In this document: in pieces, positions 41,549-52,100 of the stretch | Layout: each line of letters starts with the position of its first letter | Position numbering within the stretch: position 1 is the first letter of the stretch | Source of the DNA: an uncultured Bacilli bacterium | GTDB lineage: Bacteria > Bacillota_I > Bacilli_A > RF39 > UBA660 | Direction of reading: 5' to 3' | DNA length: 64,000 nucleotides | NCBI GenBank assembly: GCA_910585045.1 | Contig: CAJUCD010000001.1 | Location: 111,573-175,572, forward strand | The notes under the pieces: model-generated | Databases searched by the model: none | What the model was told of the DNA's origin: nothing | What the model saw: only the letters and a program-made list of their open reading frames with translations | Position numbers and translations under genes: made by a program

Positions 41549-41632
41549 CAATTAAAGCTAATAGAGTTTGATTTAGTCAAACTTTATTTTTTCGTTCATT
41601 TATTTTATCATAGTAGCATGAAAGGAGAATTT

Positions 41633-42307
41633 ATGAACAAATCTTATAAATACAAAGATTCTTTTTACTTTTTTGATCATGATATTTTTAATGATATGTT
41701 TAATAGAAAATGTAATAAGGATAGATTAATGATTAAAGATATGGAAGAACAGTTAGCAAATGTTATTAATGTATCAAAAGATACAGTTCATAGTTGGCGT
41801 TATAAAACTTATAGTCCTAATGATTTAAATCTTGTTAACGATATAGCAAATTATTTTGGGTATGAAAAGGATGTACTATTGTGTAAGAAGGGTGGAGATG
41901 CAAAAATGAAGAAAATGTCAGATATTGAATTGATGTCGGTAAAAAGGGTATATGAATCAATAATAGAATTTTTAGAATATTTCTACAAAACAGATGGGTT
42001 TAATGACTTATGGTTTGATTTTGAAAAAATTGATCCCTCGTTAAGAGAAGAAAAATTATGGGAAATCGCTGAAAAAGAGCATGATAAGGTAATGCTGTCT
42101 TTAAAAAAGGAATATCCTATTATTAGAAAAATACAAATTTATACTGATTTAAGTAATTTTATTTATAATGATTTATATGACATATATGATGGAAAATTAA
42201 CCTATGCATATAGATTTGAAGCGATACCTGATGGAAATCCAACAACTGATGAAGATTATACAAAAGCATATAAAAAGTTAAATGAAATAATTGATTCATA
42301 TTGTTGA
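41633..42307 (+). CDS. XRE-type HTH protein with uncharacterised C-terminal domain
   Basis: HTH-like segment QLANVINVSKDTVHSWRY. It is the first gene inside the element. Confidence 0.5.
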   Translation: MNKSYKYKDSFYFFDHDIFNDMFNRKCNKDRLMIKDMEEQLANVINVSKDTVHSWRYKTYSPNDLNLVNDIANYFGYEKDVLLCKKGGDAKMKKMSDIELMSVKRVYESIIEFLEYFYKTDGFNDLWFDFEKIDPSLREEKLWEIAEKEHDKVMLSLKKEYPIIRKIQIYTDLSNFIYNDLYDIYDGKLTYAYRFEAIPDGNPTTDEDYTKAYKKLNEIIDSYC

Positions 42308-42421
42308 AAATTTATTAAATTCTATTTAATTTTAGGTAATTAAGTAGATTTTTTTATGAAACTTATTTTTAAAAATGAAGTTTTAATTTTCTTAGTATCT
42401 AATAAATCTTAAAAGTATTGT

Positions 42422-42483
42422 CCTAGCCAGCACTGAAAACTTACTCCCGCTAAGTTTTCTATAGTGGGAAAATTCCCAAACCC
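42422..42483 (+). repeat. left copy of a roughly 65-bp structured inverted repeat flanking the AbiE cassette
   Basis: Hairpins GAAAACTTA(7 nt)TAAGTTTTC and GGGAA-AA-TTCCC. About 75 percent identical to the reverse complement of 44011-44078. Confidence 0.6.
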
Positions 42484-42578
42484 TTTAAAAATATTTTTTT
42501 AACAAATTAATATATTACCATTTACTCTTGTTCCACAAAATGTTACAATGTAGGTACGAGAGTAAAGCGGTGAAAAAT

Positions 42579-43166
42579 ATGAGCAATAAAGAAAAAGTAA
42601 TTGAATTTTTAAATAGTAATCATGGATATATTACTACTGCAGAATTTTTAACATTGGGTATGAGTAAACCTTTAATTCAAAAATTTTTAAATGAAGGATT
42701 AATTGAAAGAGTAAGTTATGGTTTATATATGGATAATAAAATATTAAAAGATGAATATTTTATTTTACAAAAGAAATATCCACTAGCAATATTTTCTTAT
42801 AATACTGCACTACATATTCTTAACTTAACAAATAGAACTCCAATGCAAATAGATATAACTGTTCCTAGAAATAAGAAAGTACGAGGAGATTATAATATTC
42901 ATAGAGTTGCAGAGAAATTTTACAATATTGGAATAATCGAAACCCTAAGTCCAAGTGGAAATCCAGTAAAAATATATAATGCCGAGAGGTGTATTTGTGA
43001 TATGTTAAGAACTGAAGGAGAATTTGATTTAGAACTTCAAAATAGAGTTTTAGATTATTATTTCCATAGTAAAGATAAAGATATTGATAAATTATTAGAA
43101 TATGCGAAGATCTTTAATATTTATGACAAGATTAATACAATCGTGGAGGTAATGATGAAATGGTAG
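42579..43166 (+). CDS. abiEi: type IV toxin-antitoxin system AbiEi-family antitoxin/transcriptional regulator
   Basis: N-terminal wHTH (HGYITTAEFLTLGMSKPLIQKFLNEGLIERVSYGLY). Overlaps the downstream NTase toxin gene by 7 nt. Confidence 0.75.
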   Translation: MSNKEKVIEFLNSNHGYITTAEFLTLGMSKPLIQKFLNEGLIERVSYGLYMDNKILKDEYFILQKKYPLAIFSYNTALHILNLTNRTPMQIDITVPRNKKVRGDYNIHRVAEKFYNIGIIETLSPSGNPVKIYNAERCICDMLRTEGEFDLELQNRVLDYYFHSKDKDIDKLLEYAKIFNIYDKINTIVEVMMKW

Positions 43167-44011
43167 AAGAAAAGATTAAATTAAAAGCAAAAGAACTCGA
43201 AGAAAAGTATAATTTAAATTACTACGAATCATTACAAAGATTTATGTTTGAAAGAATATTAGAAAGAATATCTGTTTCAGAATATCAAGATAACTTTATA
43301 TTAAAAGGGGGATTATTACTTGCTGCAATGTTTGGTGTAGAAAACAGAACAACAAAAGATATGGATACTACAATTATTGGTATAGATATTTCAAAGGATA
43401 AAATGGTAAATGTTTTAAATGAGATATTATCTATTGATTTAAATGATGAAGTTAAATTTGATATTGTAAGTATTACTGATATAAGAGAAGAAGATGACTA
43501 TGGTGGAAATAAATATCATATTACTGGTAGAGTAAATAGTACTAAAGTGAATTTAGAAATTGATATATCAACTGGTGACAAAGTAACACCAAAAGAATTG
43601 AAATTTAAATATCCTTTATTATTTGAAGATAGAAGTATTTTAATCAATAGCTATAATATTGAAACTATACTAGCTGAAAAAATAGAAACTGTTTTAAGAC
43701 GTGGAAAATATAATAGCAGAATGAAAGATTATTATGACATATATTTCTTTTTAACAAAGATAAAAAATGAAATTAATATAAATATATTAAAAGATGCAAT
43801 TAATAATACTTTTACTAAAAGAGATTCTTTTGAATACTTAAATGATTATCGTGAAATTATTAAATCAATCATTGATAGTGATAGAATAAAAACAAATTGG
43901 AAATATTATTCGAAGAAGAATAGTTATGCAAACAATCTAAAAGTAGATCAAATAATGATTTTACTAAACGATTTTATAAAAGAATTAAATTTAGAATTAG
44001 TAACAGTATAG
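43160..44011 (+). CDS. abiEii: AbiEii/AbiGii-family nucleotidyltransferase toxin
   Basis: DUF1814-like FILKGGLLLAAMFG...RTTKDMD NTase core, 283 aa. Confidence 0.75.
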   Translation: MVEEKIKLKAKELEEKYNLNYYESLQRFMFERILERISVSEYQDNFILKGGLLLAAMFGVENRTTKDMDTTIIGIDISKDKMVNVLNEILSIDLNDEVKFDIVSITDIREEDDYGGNKYHITGRVNSTKVNLEIDISTGDKVTPKELKFKYPLLFEDRSILINSYNIETILAEKIETVLRRGKYNSRMKDYYDIYFFLTKIKNEININILKDAINNTFTKRDSFEYLNDYREIIKSIIDSDRIKTNWKYYSKKNSYANNLKVDQIMILLNDFIKELNLELVTV

Positions 44012-44078
44012 GGATTGGGAAACTTCCCATAATATGCGAAAAGTGCTTGTGGGAGGAACTTTTCAATACTTGCTAAGC
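44011..44078 (-). repeat. right (inverted) copy of the structured repeat
   Basis: Hairpins GAAAAGT(13 nt)ACTTTTC and GGGAA-AC-TTCCC. There is a compensatory C-G to G-C change in stem 1 relative to the left copy. Confidence 0.6.
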
Positions 44079-44093
44079 AAAGAAGGTGAAGTA

Positions 44094-44910
44094 ATGAATG
44101 AGCAGTATTTAGATTCTGAAGTCAATGAATATATAGAAATAAAAAGTGATAAATCTGATTTAGAATCAAAATGGGAAATGGCAATTGGACTACAAAAAGT
44201 TGATAATTTAACACCTTCTAAAAATATGAAAGATTTAGTAAAATTAAACATTGAAAATGAAATATCAATCGATGAATTATAAAACAAACTGAAGAATTAC
44301 TATGATGATCTAAATGATAGCTATAATAGAGATGAGTACGAATGTGATTTTGTATCATTAAGAATCATGCAAATGATACAAAATAATATGTTCTTTTTAA
44401 CAATAGATTTTTATAAATATGTTCATTACTTTTTATTTAAAGATGTCTATAAGTTTGCCGGTAAATTTAGAGAAGTTAACATTTCAAAAGATGAAGAAAT
44501 ATTAAACGGAGATACAGTAGTATATTGCGATTATAATAGAATTGGAGATTATCTTATTTATGATTTTTCAGATAAAAGACAAGAAGATTATAAAGAGTTA
44601 AATGCATTAGATAAAATAATAAGTATATCTAATTTTACTTCTTGTATTTGGCAAGTACATCCTTTTATGGAAGGTAATACTCGAACAACAGCAATATTTA
44701 TAATTAAATATTTAAAAGATCTAGGTTATAATATTAATTATTCTTTGTTTAAAGACAATTCAAAATATTTTAGGAATGCATTAATTAGAAGCAACTAGTA
44801 ATGATAACTTAAGTATAAAAGAAGATAATAGTTATTTAATTAAGTTTTATGAGAATTTGTTATTAGGTAAAAATAATAATTTGAATATTGAATATATAAT
44901 GGTTAAATGA
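44094..44910 (+). pseudogene. Fic/DOC-family protein gene inactivated by one in-frame TAA and one frameshift
   Basis: Fic motif HPFMEGNTRT. The ORFs 44034-44282 and 44367-44798 are in the same frame, separated by the TAA at 44280. The C-terminal remainder (ATSNDNLS...FYENLL) continues in the +1 frame to 44910. Confidence 0.7.
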
Positions 44911-44979
44911 ATGATAAAATAATAAAAGGGATAATTGTCAAATAGTGTGTGTAGATACAAAAAAGTGATAATTATTGAA

Positions 44980-45012
44980 ATAGTCAATGTGAATAGCATT
45001 GGCTATTTTTTT
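44980..45012 (+). terminator. rho-independent terminator
   Basis: Stem ATAGTCAATG / CATTGGCTAT followed by T7. Confidence 0.6.
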
Positions 45013-45091
45013 GTGTAATTTTATAAAAACTCCTTTTTAAAATTTGGAAAATATGATAAAATAATAAAGTAAGGAAAGTAAGGAATTAAGT

Positions 45092-45319
45092 ATGAAAAAT
45101 GATAATGAATTGTTAGCAAGTGCTAAAATCACCTCTAAGGGGCAAATTACGGTTCCTAAAAATATAAGAGATATGTTAGAGGTAACTGATGGAGATTCAA
45201 TAGTTTTCTTTAAAGATCAAAATAGTAATATACATATAATAAGTAAAAAGAATTTGAAAGTCTCACCTGAAGATAATAAGCCGTCCATAATTGTACGAGG
45301 GGGTAAAAAAAATGGATAA
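45092..45319 (+). CDS. AbrB/MazE/SpoVT-family small DNA-binding protein
   Basis: SKGQITVPKNIRDMLEVTDGDSIVF. Overlaps the hsdM start by 8 nt. Confidence 0.7.
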   Translation: MKNDNELLASAKITSKGQITVPKNIRDMLEVTDGDSIVFFKDQNSNIHIISKKNLKVSPEDNKPSIIVRGGKKNG

Positions 45320-46883
45320 TATTAAAGAAAAAGAAAGAGAAGAATTACATAAAACTATATGGAAGATTGCTGAGGAACTTAGAGGTTCCGTTGATGGCTG
45401 GGATTTCAAACAATATGTTTTAGGCTTATTGTTTTATAGATTTATATCAGAAAATGTTGAAAATTACGCAAATAAAATTCAGCAAGAATATGGAATTAAA
45501 AACTTTGAATATAAAAACATTACAGATGCTCTTGCAGAAAATGGTAGAGAACAACTTATTGAAGAAAAAGGTTTTTATATAAGGCCCTCTGAATTATTCT
45601 GTAATGTAAGAAAAAATGCAAAAAACAACAAAGATTTAAATATTACTATAAATAAAATATTTAAAAATATAGAAAATTCTTCAAAAGGGCATAAATCAGA
45701 AAAAGATGTTAAGGGCTTATTTGATGATTTTAATGTAAATGATAATAAGTTAGGAGCAACAGTAGAAGAAAGGAATGCACATCTGGTTAAAATGCTTGAT
45801 GCAATAGGAAGTTTAAAATTAGGTGATTATAAAGAAAATACTATTGATGCTTTTGGAGATGCTTATGAATATTTAATGACTATGTATGCTTCAAGTGCTG
45901 GAAAATCTGGAGGAGAGTTTTTTACTCCTCAAGAAGTAGGCGAATTGCTCGCAAGAATAACTCTAATAGGTAAAACAGAAATAAATAAAGTGTATGACCC
46001 CGCCTGCGGTTCGGGATCGCTATTACTAAAATTCGCTAAGGTATTGGGAGAAGTTAATGTAAAAAAAGGGTACTATGGTCAAGAAATAAATTTAACTACT
46101 TATAATTTAGCAAGAATTAATATGTTTTTACATGATATTAACTATACTAAATTTGATATTGCACGAGGAGATACTTTAACTAATCCTAAACATTGGGATT
46201 ATGAACCTTTTGATGCAATTGTTTCTAATCCACCATATTCAACTAGATGGGCTGGGAAATCGGATCCTACACTAATTAATGATGAAAGATTTTCTCCCGC
46301 TGGAATCTTGGCTCCAGAGTCAAAGGCAGACCTTGCATTTACTATGCATATGCTTCATTGGCTTTCAGAACAAGGAACTGCTGCAATAGTACAATTTCCT
46401 GGAGTTTTATATAGGGGCGGGGCTGAGCAAAAAATCAGAAAATATATGGTAGATAATAATTTTGTAGATGCTGTTATACAATTGCCAAGTGATTTGTTTT
46501 TTGGTACCTCAATTTCAACATGTATTTTGGTTTTAAAGAAAAATAAAAATAATAATGATATTCTATTTATAGATGCTTCTAAAGAATTTGTTCGAAGTAC
46601 AAATAAAAATAAATTGTCAGATGAAAATATTAGTAATATTTTAAAGTTAATTGTTAATAGGCAAGAAATTGAAGGTAAATCGACAGTTGTATCAAATGAT
46701 ATAGTTTCAAATAGTTGTTACAATCTTTCAGTTAGTTCTTATTTAAAAATAATTGATAATGAACCCAAAATAGATATTGAAACACTTAATAATAATATAA
46801 AAAAAATTGTTGCAAAACAGCATCAGATTAGAGTAGAACTGGATCAAATAATATCTGAAATAGAAGGTAATTATTATGAGTAG
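45312..46883 (+). CDS. hsdM: type I restriction-modification system methyltransferase subunit
   Basis: Motif I DPACGSGSLL and motif IV VSNPPYS. The ATG at 45312 gives the typical MDNIKEKE...LWKIAEELRG start. Confidence 0.9.
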   Translation: MDNIKEKEREELHKTIWKIAEELRGSVDGWDFKQYVLGLLFYRFISENVENYANKIQQEYGIKNFEYKNITDALAENGREQLIEEKGFYIRPSELFCNVRKNAKNNKDLNITINKIFKNIENSSKGHKSEKDVKGLFDDFNVNDNKLGATVEERNAHLVKMLDAIGSLKLGDYKENTIDAFGDAYEYLMTMYASSAGKSGGEFFTPQEVGELLARITLIGKTEINKVYDPACGSGSLLLKFAKVLGEVNVKKGYYGQEINLTTYNLARINMFLHDINYTKFDIARGDTLTNPKHWDYEPFDAIVSNPPYSTRWAGKSDPTLINDERFSPAGILAPESKADLAFTMHMLHWLSEQGTAAIVQFPGVLYRGGAEQKIRKYMVDNNFVDAVIQLPSDLFFGTSISTCILVLKKNKNNNDILFIDASKEFVRSTNKNKLSDENISNILKLIVNRQEIEGKSTVVSNDIVSNSCYNLSVSSYLKIIDNEPKIDIETLNNNIKKIVAKQHQIRVELDQIISEIEGNYYE

Positions 46884-48072
46884 ATTAAATGAATTAATAG
46901 AAAAATTGTGTCCAAATGGAGTCAAGTTTAATAAATTAAGTGATTTATTAGATTATATACAACCAACAAAGTATATAGTTAAGAGTACAAAATACAGTGA
47001 TGAAAACGAAATACCAGTTCTAACTGCTGGGCAGACTTTTGTTTTAGGATACACTAATGAGATACAAGGCGTTTATAATGCTAGTAGAAATAATCCTGTA
47101 ATTATATTTGACGATTTTACTACATCGTTTAAATGGGTAGATTTTAAATTTAAAGTTAAATCTTCTGCAATGAAAATACTTGTTCCAAAATGTGACATTA
47201 ATATGAGATATATTTACTATGCTATGCAATGTATAAAATATAAACCTAAAGAGCATAGCAGGCAATGGATTGCCAATTTTTCGCAAAACAATATTCCAGT
47301 GCCTCCACTAGAAGTACAGCAAGAAATTGTACATATACTAGATAAATTTACAGAACTTACAGCAGAACTTACAGCAGAACTTACAATCAGGAAACAGCAA
47401 TATAAATATTTTAATGATAAAATATTTGATTTAAGGAATAATACTAATACAAAAAAAGTGAAAATGTCAGATATATTAATATCATTAAAGACTGGCTTAA
47501 ACCCAAGAAAGTTTTTTGAATTAAATACTTCTGATGCAAATGCATATTATGTTACTGTAAGAGAAATTGGAAATAGAAAAGTTGATTATTTGCAAGCCAA
47601 AGATAGAATTAATCAATATGCTTTAAATAGAATAAATGAACGGTCAAATTTAGAAATAAATGATGTTTTATTTAGTGGAACTGGGACTATAGGTCGAGTT
47701 TCTTTAGTAGAAGAGGAACCTAAAAATTGGAATGTTAAAGAGGGAGTTTATATTTTAAAACCAAATTTGCAGAGAGTGAACCCTGTTTACTTAATGTACC
47801 TTATGCGTTCAAATTATATGAAAGATATATATTCAAATTATATAGTTGGGTCTCCTGTTTCAAGTATTCCAATGAAGGATTTAAAAAAATTAGAATTTAA
47901 TATACCATCACTTGAAGAACAGGAAAGGATAATAAAAATATTAGATGTGTTTGACAAATTATGTAATGATATATCCGATGGGCTGCCTGCTGAAATAGAG
48001 ATGAGAAAAAAACAGCATGAATATTATAGAAATAAATTACTAAATTTTAGCGAGGTGTTACCTAATGAATAG
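46876..48072 (+). CDS. hsdS: type I R-M specificity subunit (type IC-like central TAEL repeat)
   Basis: Two target-recognition halves separated by the conserved helix region ILDKFTELTAELTAELTIRKQQY. Operon position. Confidence 0.85.
   Translation: MSRLNELIEKLCPNGVKFNKLSDLLDYIQPTKYIVKSTKYSDENEIPVLTAGQTFVLGYTNEIQGVYNASRNNPVIIFDDFTTSFKWVDFKFKVKSSAMKILVPKCDINMRYIYYAMQCIKYKPKEHSRQWIANFSQNNIPVPPLEVQQEIVHILDKFTELTAELTAELTIRKQQYKYFNDKIFDLRNNTNTKKVKMSDILISLKTGLNPRKFFELNTSDANAYYVTVREIGNRKVDYLQAKDRINQYALNRINERSNLEINDVLFSGTGTIGRVSLVEEEPKNWNVKEGVYILKPNLQRVNPVYLMYLMRSNYMKDIYSNYIVGSPVSSIPMKDLKKLEFNIPSLEEQERIIKILDVFDKLCNDISDGLPAEIEMRKKQHEYYRNKLLNFSEVLPNE
47350..47385 (+). repeat. 12-bp tandem repeat (ACAGCAGAACTT x2 plus a partial copy) encoding TAEL units in hsdS
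   Basis: The sequence reads acagaactt-acagcagaactt-acagcagaactt-aca. Confidence 0.85.
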
Positions 48073-49162
48073 TTTTGATTCAATAGAAAACGTGGCTGAT
48101 AATATTAAATACTTTTTAGATTCAAAAAGTAGGAAAATAAATCTTGCAATATTGTATGCTTTTAATGCAACTGGTAAAACAAGAATATCAACAATTTTAA
48201 ATGAAACTAATCTAAATGAATGTTTATGCTACAATGCTTTTGTAGAAGATTATTTTACTTGGGACAATGAAAACTGTGTATTTCTTATAGATACAAATTC
48301 GTGGTTGGCAAATTTTATAAATGAACAAGGAATAGAGAATGATGTAATAGATAATTTTTCATACTTAGTCAATTCTAAACTGGAACCAAGTTTTAATTTA
48401 TCTGAAGGACAAATAGTTTTTAAGATAGCCAGTGGAGATGATGACTCTGCCGAGGGTATAAAAATTTCTAGAGGAGAAGAAAGTCTGTTTAGATGGTCTA
48501 TTTTTTACACTGTTTTAAGTACTGCATTAGATGTAATTAAAGATGATTTTGATGATCGTTTCACATCTTTGTTTAATGATTTAAAATATATAATTATAGA
48601 TGATCCAATTTCTTCCATAGATGATTCTAAAATTATTACGATGGCCCTTCAATTAGTGGATAAAATAAATAATGATGTTGATTTAAAACATCAAAATGCT
48701 AGTATTTTAATAACTACACACCATGCTTTATTTTATAATGTTTTATATAATTCTTTTAGAAGAAATAATAAAAAATTTAATTTTAAATCTTATATATTAT
48801 TAAAAAATGATAAAAATTATGAATTAAAAACTAAAGATGGAGATTCTCCTTTCGCTTATCATTTAACTATAATCTCTGAAATTAAAAATGCTATTGAAAG
48901 TGATAATATAAAAAAATATCACTTTAACTTATTTAGAACTCTATTGGAAAAAACTGCCAATTTTCTTGGATATCAAAATTGGGCAGATTGTATAAATTAT
49001 GAAAAAAGGTTTGAATTTGTAAGAATAATTAATTTATATAGTCATGGAAAACTTTCCGATTTAGAGTATGCCGAATTAACCTATGAAGATAAAGATAATT
49101 TTAAAAGCATTTTTAATCAGTTTTTAGATGAGTTTAAATGGTTTAAAGAAGGTGAAGTATAA
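48065..49162 (+). CDS. PrrC/RloC-like ABC-type NTPase, putative anticodon nuclease (AAA_13-like)
   Basis: Walker A AFNATGKTR, signature-like ISRGEES, Walker B YIIIDDPISSIDD, and C-terminal FRTLLEKTANFLGY...NLYSHG. The gene is wedged between hsdS and hsdR. Confidence 0.65.
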   Translation: MNSFDSIENVADNIKYFLDSKSRKINLAILYAFNATGKTRISTILNETNLNECLCYNAFVEDYFTWDNENCVFLIDTNSWLANFINEQGIENDVIDNFSYLVNSKLEPSFNLSEGQIVFKIASGDDDSAEGIKISRGEESLFRWSIFYTVLSTALDVIKDDFDDRFTSLFNDLKYIIIDDPISSIDDSKIITMALQLVDKINNDVDLKHQNASILITTHHALFYNVLYNSFRRNNKKFNFKSYILLKNDKNYELKTKDGDSPFAYHLTIISEIKNAIESDNIKKYHFNLFRTLLEKTANFLGYQNWADCINYEKRFEFVRIINLYSHGKLSDLEYAELTYEDKDNFKSIFNQFLDEFKWFKEGEV

Positions 49163-49163
49163 G

Positions 49164-52100
49164 ATGAATATAATTACAGAAAATGATAATACTACGGTTC
49201 TAGGGAAATATGTTCCTGTAACAAAATCAGATAAATCATATCAAAGTGAATCGGAATTAGAATATGAATTAATAAGGACATTATCTTGTCAAGGATATGA
49301 GTACCTCCAAATTAATAAAGATAGTGATTTTATTAATAATTTAAAAAAACAGCTAGAAAGATTAAATAATATTAAATTTACAAATAATGAATGGAATAAG
49401 ATTTACGATAATTATTTATCAAATAATAATGATGGAATTGTTGAGAAAACAAGAAAAGTGCAACAAGACTATATATTTCCTATTGAATTGGATAATGGCG
49501 AATTAAAAAATATTTATATAATAGATAAAGAAAACATACATAATAATTTTTTGCAAGTTATTAATCAATATATTAATAGTGACGGAAATTATAATAATAG
49601 ATATGATGTTTCCATTCTTGTAAATGGATTACCTTTGGTTCATTTAGAATTAAAAAGAAGAGGTATTGATTTAAGAGAAGCCTTTAATCAAATAGATAGA
49701 TACCAAAGGGACTCTTTTTGGGCTGGAACCGGATTATATGAATTTATTCAAATATTTGTAATAAGCAATGGGACTTATACTAAATATTATTCTAATACTA
49801 CTAGAGAATATCATATAAATAATAGTAAAATAAAGAAAAGCAATTCATTTGAATTTACTTCATATTGGGCAGATCAAGAGAATAATACTATAACTGATTT
49901 AATTGATTTTTGTAAAACATTTTTATCAAAGAGAACTTTATTAAACGTTTTAACTAAATATTGTGTATTTACATCAGATGAAGATTTGTTAGTTATGAGA
50001 CCATATCAAATTGTTGCTACTGAAAAAATAATTAACAAAATTGAAATAGCACATAATTATAAATGTTATGGTAGTGTAAAAGCAGGGGGATATATTTGGC
50101 ATACAACAGGTTCTGGAAAAACATTGACTTCCTTTAAAACTGCTCAAATTGCATCTAGCCTGGAATTTATAGATAAAGTATTATTTGTCGTCGATAGAAA
50201 AGATTTGGATTATCAGACCATGAAGGAATATGATCGTTTTAAAAAAGGTTGTGCTAATTCTAATAGTAGTACAAGCATTTTAGAAAAACAATTACGAGAT
50301 AAAGATTCTAAGATTATTATTACTACAATACAAAAATTAGATAGTTTTATCAAGAAAAATATTAACCATGAAGTTTTTTTGAAACATGTTGTATTTATTT
50401 TTGATGAATGTCATAGATCACAGTTTGGCGATATGCATGAAAATATTATAAGAAAATTTAAAAATTATTATATATTTGGGTTTACTGGAACTCCTATATT
50501 TGCAGATAATGCAATGATTAAAAAAGGAATATCTCAAACCACTGAGCAAATCTTTGGAGAAAGATTACATACATATACAATTGTAAATGCTATTAATGAT
50601 AAAAATGTTTTACCCTTTAGATATGAATATATTGGAAGAGTAGATATCAAAGACAATATCGAAGATGAAAAAGTATATGGCATTGATTTAGAAAAGGTAT
50701 ACAATAATAATACTAGAATAGAAAAGATTGTTAATTATATAATTAATTCCTATTCTACTAAGACAAAAACTAGTGAATCTTATGTTTATTCCGTATTAGA
50801 TAATGTGGTTGAAGTGGCTAGAAGCAAAAAAATTGAAGAAATAAAATCTAAAAAAAATATAAGCGGATTTAATTCTATATTTGCTGTTTCGTCAATTCCA
50901 ATGATAAAAAAATATTATGAAGAGTTTAAGAAACATAGTGAATCTAATTTAAAAATTGCACTAATATATTCTTATGGAGTAAATGAAGAAAATGGCTTTG
51001 TAGACGAAAACTCAGAATCTACAGAAAATTTATCTAAATCTGATAGAGATTTTTTAGAGTATGCCATAATAGATTACAATAAGATGTTTGGAACAAGCTA
51101 TGATACATCAGTAGAAAAATTTCAAAACTATTATAAAGATGTTTCATTAAGAATGAAAAACAAAGAAATAGATATTTTGCTTGTAGTAAATATGTTTTTA
51201 ACAGGATTTGATGCAAAAACTTTAAATACCTTATGGGTAGATAAAAATCTTAAATACCATGGATTAATTCAAGCCTTTTCTAGAACTAATAGAATTTTAA
51301 ACAGTGTTAAAACATTTGGGAATATCGTTTCATTTAGAAATTTAGAAAATGATTTAAATAATGCATTATCCTTATTTGGAGATAATAATGCTCATAGTGT
51401 AATTTTACTAAAATCATACGATAGTTATTATAATGGATATAGTGAGGATGGTTATTCATTTATAGGTTACCAAAGTTTAGTTGATGAGCTCAAGTCAAAA
51501 TACCCTTTGGGGATACCAATATTAGGTGAGCAAAATAAAAAGGATTTCATAAAATTATATGGGGCTATTTTGAAAGTTAGTAATATTTTATCATCATTTG
51601 ATCAATTTAAAGGAGAAGAGCTTCTAGAAGCAAGAGAAGTACAAGATTATCATTCTTTATATATTGATTTATATAATGAATTTAGAAATATATCAAAACG
51701 TGATAAAAAAGATATTACAGATGATATAACATTTGAAATGGAACTAATAAAATCAATAGAAGTTAATATTGATTATATACTATCATTGGTTAAGAAATAT
51801 CACGAATCTCATAATCAAGATAAAGAAATTTTAGTAACTATAAACAAAGCGATTATGTCAAGCCCTGATTTAAGAAATAAAAAAGATTTAATTCTAGCGT
51901 TTATTGATTCAATAAATGAAAATTCGGATGATATATATAGCGATTTTGAAATGTTTATGAATAGTAAAAAAAGAGAAGAATTAGATATTATAATTGCGGA
52001 AGAAAAATTGGATGTAGAAGAAACTTATAAATTTATTGAAAAATCTTTTCAAAATGGTGAAGTAAATTCCAATGGTACTGAATTATCAAATATTCTTCCT

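Noticed and set aside
44911-45068. A 16-bp direct repeat atgataaaataataaa occurs at 44911 and 45053.
   Set aside because: This is a low-complexity A/T sequence in an AT-rich spacer and is plausibly there by chance.
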